DNA of 64,000 bases from an uncultured beta proteobacterium (lineage in GTDB: Bacteria; Pseudomonadota; Gammaproteobacteria; Burkholderiales; JAEUMW01): positions 257,346 through 321,345 of the forward strand of contig CAVVES010000018.1 in NCBI GenBank assembly GCA_963747225.1, in the 5' to 3' direction. Under the pieces are notes generated by a model. That model searched no databases. It saw nothing but the letters and a program-made list of their open reading frames with translations, and had not been told where the DNA came from. Shown here one piece after another: positions 62,406 through 64,000 of the stretch (position 1 is its first letter; each line of letters starts with the position of its first letter). Made by a program: the position numbers and the translations under genes.

Positions 62406-62678
62406 ATACCGATCGACACGCCGGCCGGTGGCCCTCCACTTAGATACAAGTCACCACGATATGTTGCGGGCACACTCGCGAACTTCCTCGACACACCATT
62501 ACACATAGGCTAACGGTAGAAGTAATTGGATCGACCTCAAATCTTTACAGCTTTCATGATTTCAGTGCGACCTGCTTGGGTGTAGGCGGGCGCAACGATC
62601 AGGTCTTGCTCGATAAGGTCGAATGGATTCTGATCCGAGGAACGCAACACCGATGCAGGTAGGGGAGGAGCCTTTCTG

Positions 62679-63371
62679 ATGTGTGGCCGTTACGGACGAT
62701 GGTCTCGCCGCGAACGCCTGGAGGCGTTCCTGGCCGGTCTTCCAATGATCGACGAACTGAAGGATTGGCGGCCGAGCTATAACGCGGCTCCCGGCGTGCC
62801 TCAGCCGATCATCCGCGCCACGCCAGATGGGAGGGAAGCGACGATCCAGGCCGTGCTCTGGGGGCTCGTTCCGTTCTGGTCCAAGGACCCGAACGCAGGA
62901 CCGCATCCCATCAATGCACAAGCCGAAACGGCGAAGGACACGCCGATGTTCCAGAAGCTCATCCGCGAACGGCGGTGCCTGGTCCCCGCCGATTGTTTTT
63001 ACGAATGGAAGGAAACGCCAGCGGGGAAAATTCCCCACGCCGTGCGACTGACCTCAGAAGACCCGTTCTTTCTCGCCGGGCTGTGGGATGTCTGGCATGC
63101 GAGAAAGCCAGACGCACTGCACACCTTCACGATCCTGACCACCGAGGCGAACGCACTGACGAAGACGTTCCACAATCGCATGCCGCTTATCATCCGTCCC
63201 GAGCAAGACGCTGAGTTCTGGCTCCATCCTGACGTGCAACAGATCGAGGAGATCGAGCCCCTGCTCGATCCCTATCCCGCCAAGGAAATGATCGCGTACC
63301 CCGTCAGCCCCCGCGTCAACAACGTCAAGCAACGACAGCCCCGAGCTGATCGAACCTGCACGGTAACGTGA
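62679..63371 (+). CDS. SOS-response-associated peptidase (SRAP/YedK family)
   Basis: 230 aa starting MCGRY (catalytic Cys2); SYNAAP, ...CLVPADCFYEW. Confidence 0.85.
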   Translation: MCGRYGRWSRRERLEAFLAGLPMIDELKDWRPSYNAAPGVPQPIIRATPDGREATIQAVLWGLVPFWSKDPNAGPHPINAQAETAKDTPMFQKLIRERRCLVPADCFYEWKETPAGKIPHAVRLTSEDPFFLAGLWDVWHARKPDALHTFTILTTEANALTKTFHNRMPLIIRPEQDAEFWLHPDVQQIEEIEPLLDPYPAKEMIAYPVSPRVNNVKQRQPRADRTCTVT

Positions 63372-63428
63372 CTCGCGCCTGCACCCCCTGCGTGTCGGCA
63401 AAGCGACCGATTCGCCCTAATGCGCCGT

Positions 63429-63943
63429 TTACGGGAAGGCGGGAATCGTCGGTTCGGTACCCCCGACATCGGCGGTCGGATGGTGCTGCTTGATGCGTTC
63501 ACTGATCTTGTCGACACGCGCGAGCGGCACATCGACCATCAGCAGAAGTTCGCCCCTCTCGATCGCCTCCTCGAACCTCTTGAGGCGCGTGTTGCCGATG
63601 TTCAAGCCGATCATGCCGCCGATCCAGGCACCCACCCCGGCACCCGTCAGACTGCATGCGAGAATGATCCCTCCGGCGATCACCATCGCACCGGGGGTCA
63701 GGGCGATGCCCGCCAAGCCGGCAAGCAGACCCACCACCCCGCCTTGCGCCACGCCGCGCTCGATGGCTGGAATGAAGTCCGATTTCTGCATCATCGTCGC
63801 CTCGGGGAGGTCTTCAAGGGGCGTCCCACGCTTCGCGAGTACATGAATATGCTTCTCCTCCACGCGCGGGCGAGCAGCATTTCGTCCACCACTTTGCGGG
63901 CGACTTGCAGATTCGGTACCAGGCAGTAGATTCGTCTCAGCAT
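63429..63943 (-). pseudogene. glycine-zipper membrane protein (DUF1269-like, tentative) with a -1 frame change near 63868
   Basis: MLRRIYCLVPNLQVARKVVDEMLLAR in one frame. It continues as VEEKHIHVLAKRGTPLEDLPEATMMQKSDF...GTEPTIPAFP in the frame of ORF 63429..63995. Confidence 0.5.
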
Positions 63944-64000
63944 GTCGCTTGTCCTCCTCCAAAGCCGCCAACGAACATCCCCAACCGCATACCACGCCTT

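Overview
GC-rich (by eye about two-thirds G+C, not computed) chromosomal segment with betaproteobacterium-like synteny. 1-21 kb is an intact housekeeping block: ppc (partial), hemCDXY, a 2Fe-2S/FNR-type reductase, cutA-dsbD-tlpA, aroQ-accB-accC-prmA, tpx (one frameshift), dgkA, a PfkB kinase, an OlsB/OlsA-like pair, apaH, a dihaem cytochrome c and tRNA-Arg(CCG). 21-23 kb, just downstream of tRNA-Arg, holds decayed gene remnants (NACHT-like C-terminus fused to an FGE-sulfatase domain, small membrane protein). 23.6-38.8 kb has an amino-acid binding protein, an acyl-CoA dehydrogenase, an AraC regulator and a large urea locus: ureD-urtABCDE-ureA-(alpha/beta hydrolase)-ureB-ureC-ureEFG. In that locus only ureC is damaged, with seven frame changes. 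39-50 kb carries a CsgG-like lipoprotein, cytochrome c, a Tat-transglutaminase/GcvH-like/DsrE-like operon, selC-selB with a PepSY gene and only the last 81 codons of selA, and iorAB-type molybdoenzyme genes. From 52.2 kb to the window end lies an integrase-associated island that starts at a tRNA-Phe 3' fragment. It mixes pseudogenes (integrase, IS110, DUF72, SnoaL, SDR) with intact accessory genes: DUF1330, a GluR0-like ligand-gated channel, phasin, SRAP and a DUF1652/HEPN-like pair. The most notable non-genic structure is an 8-bp G-rich tandem repeat filling the apaH leader. Many long ORFs in the track are antisense shadows of real genes, as expected at this GC content. All calls rest on reading the translations and motifs by eye; no database search was possible.
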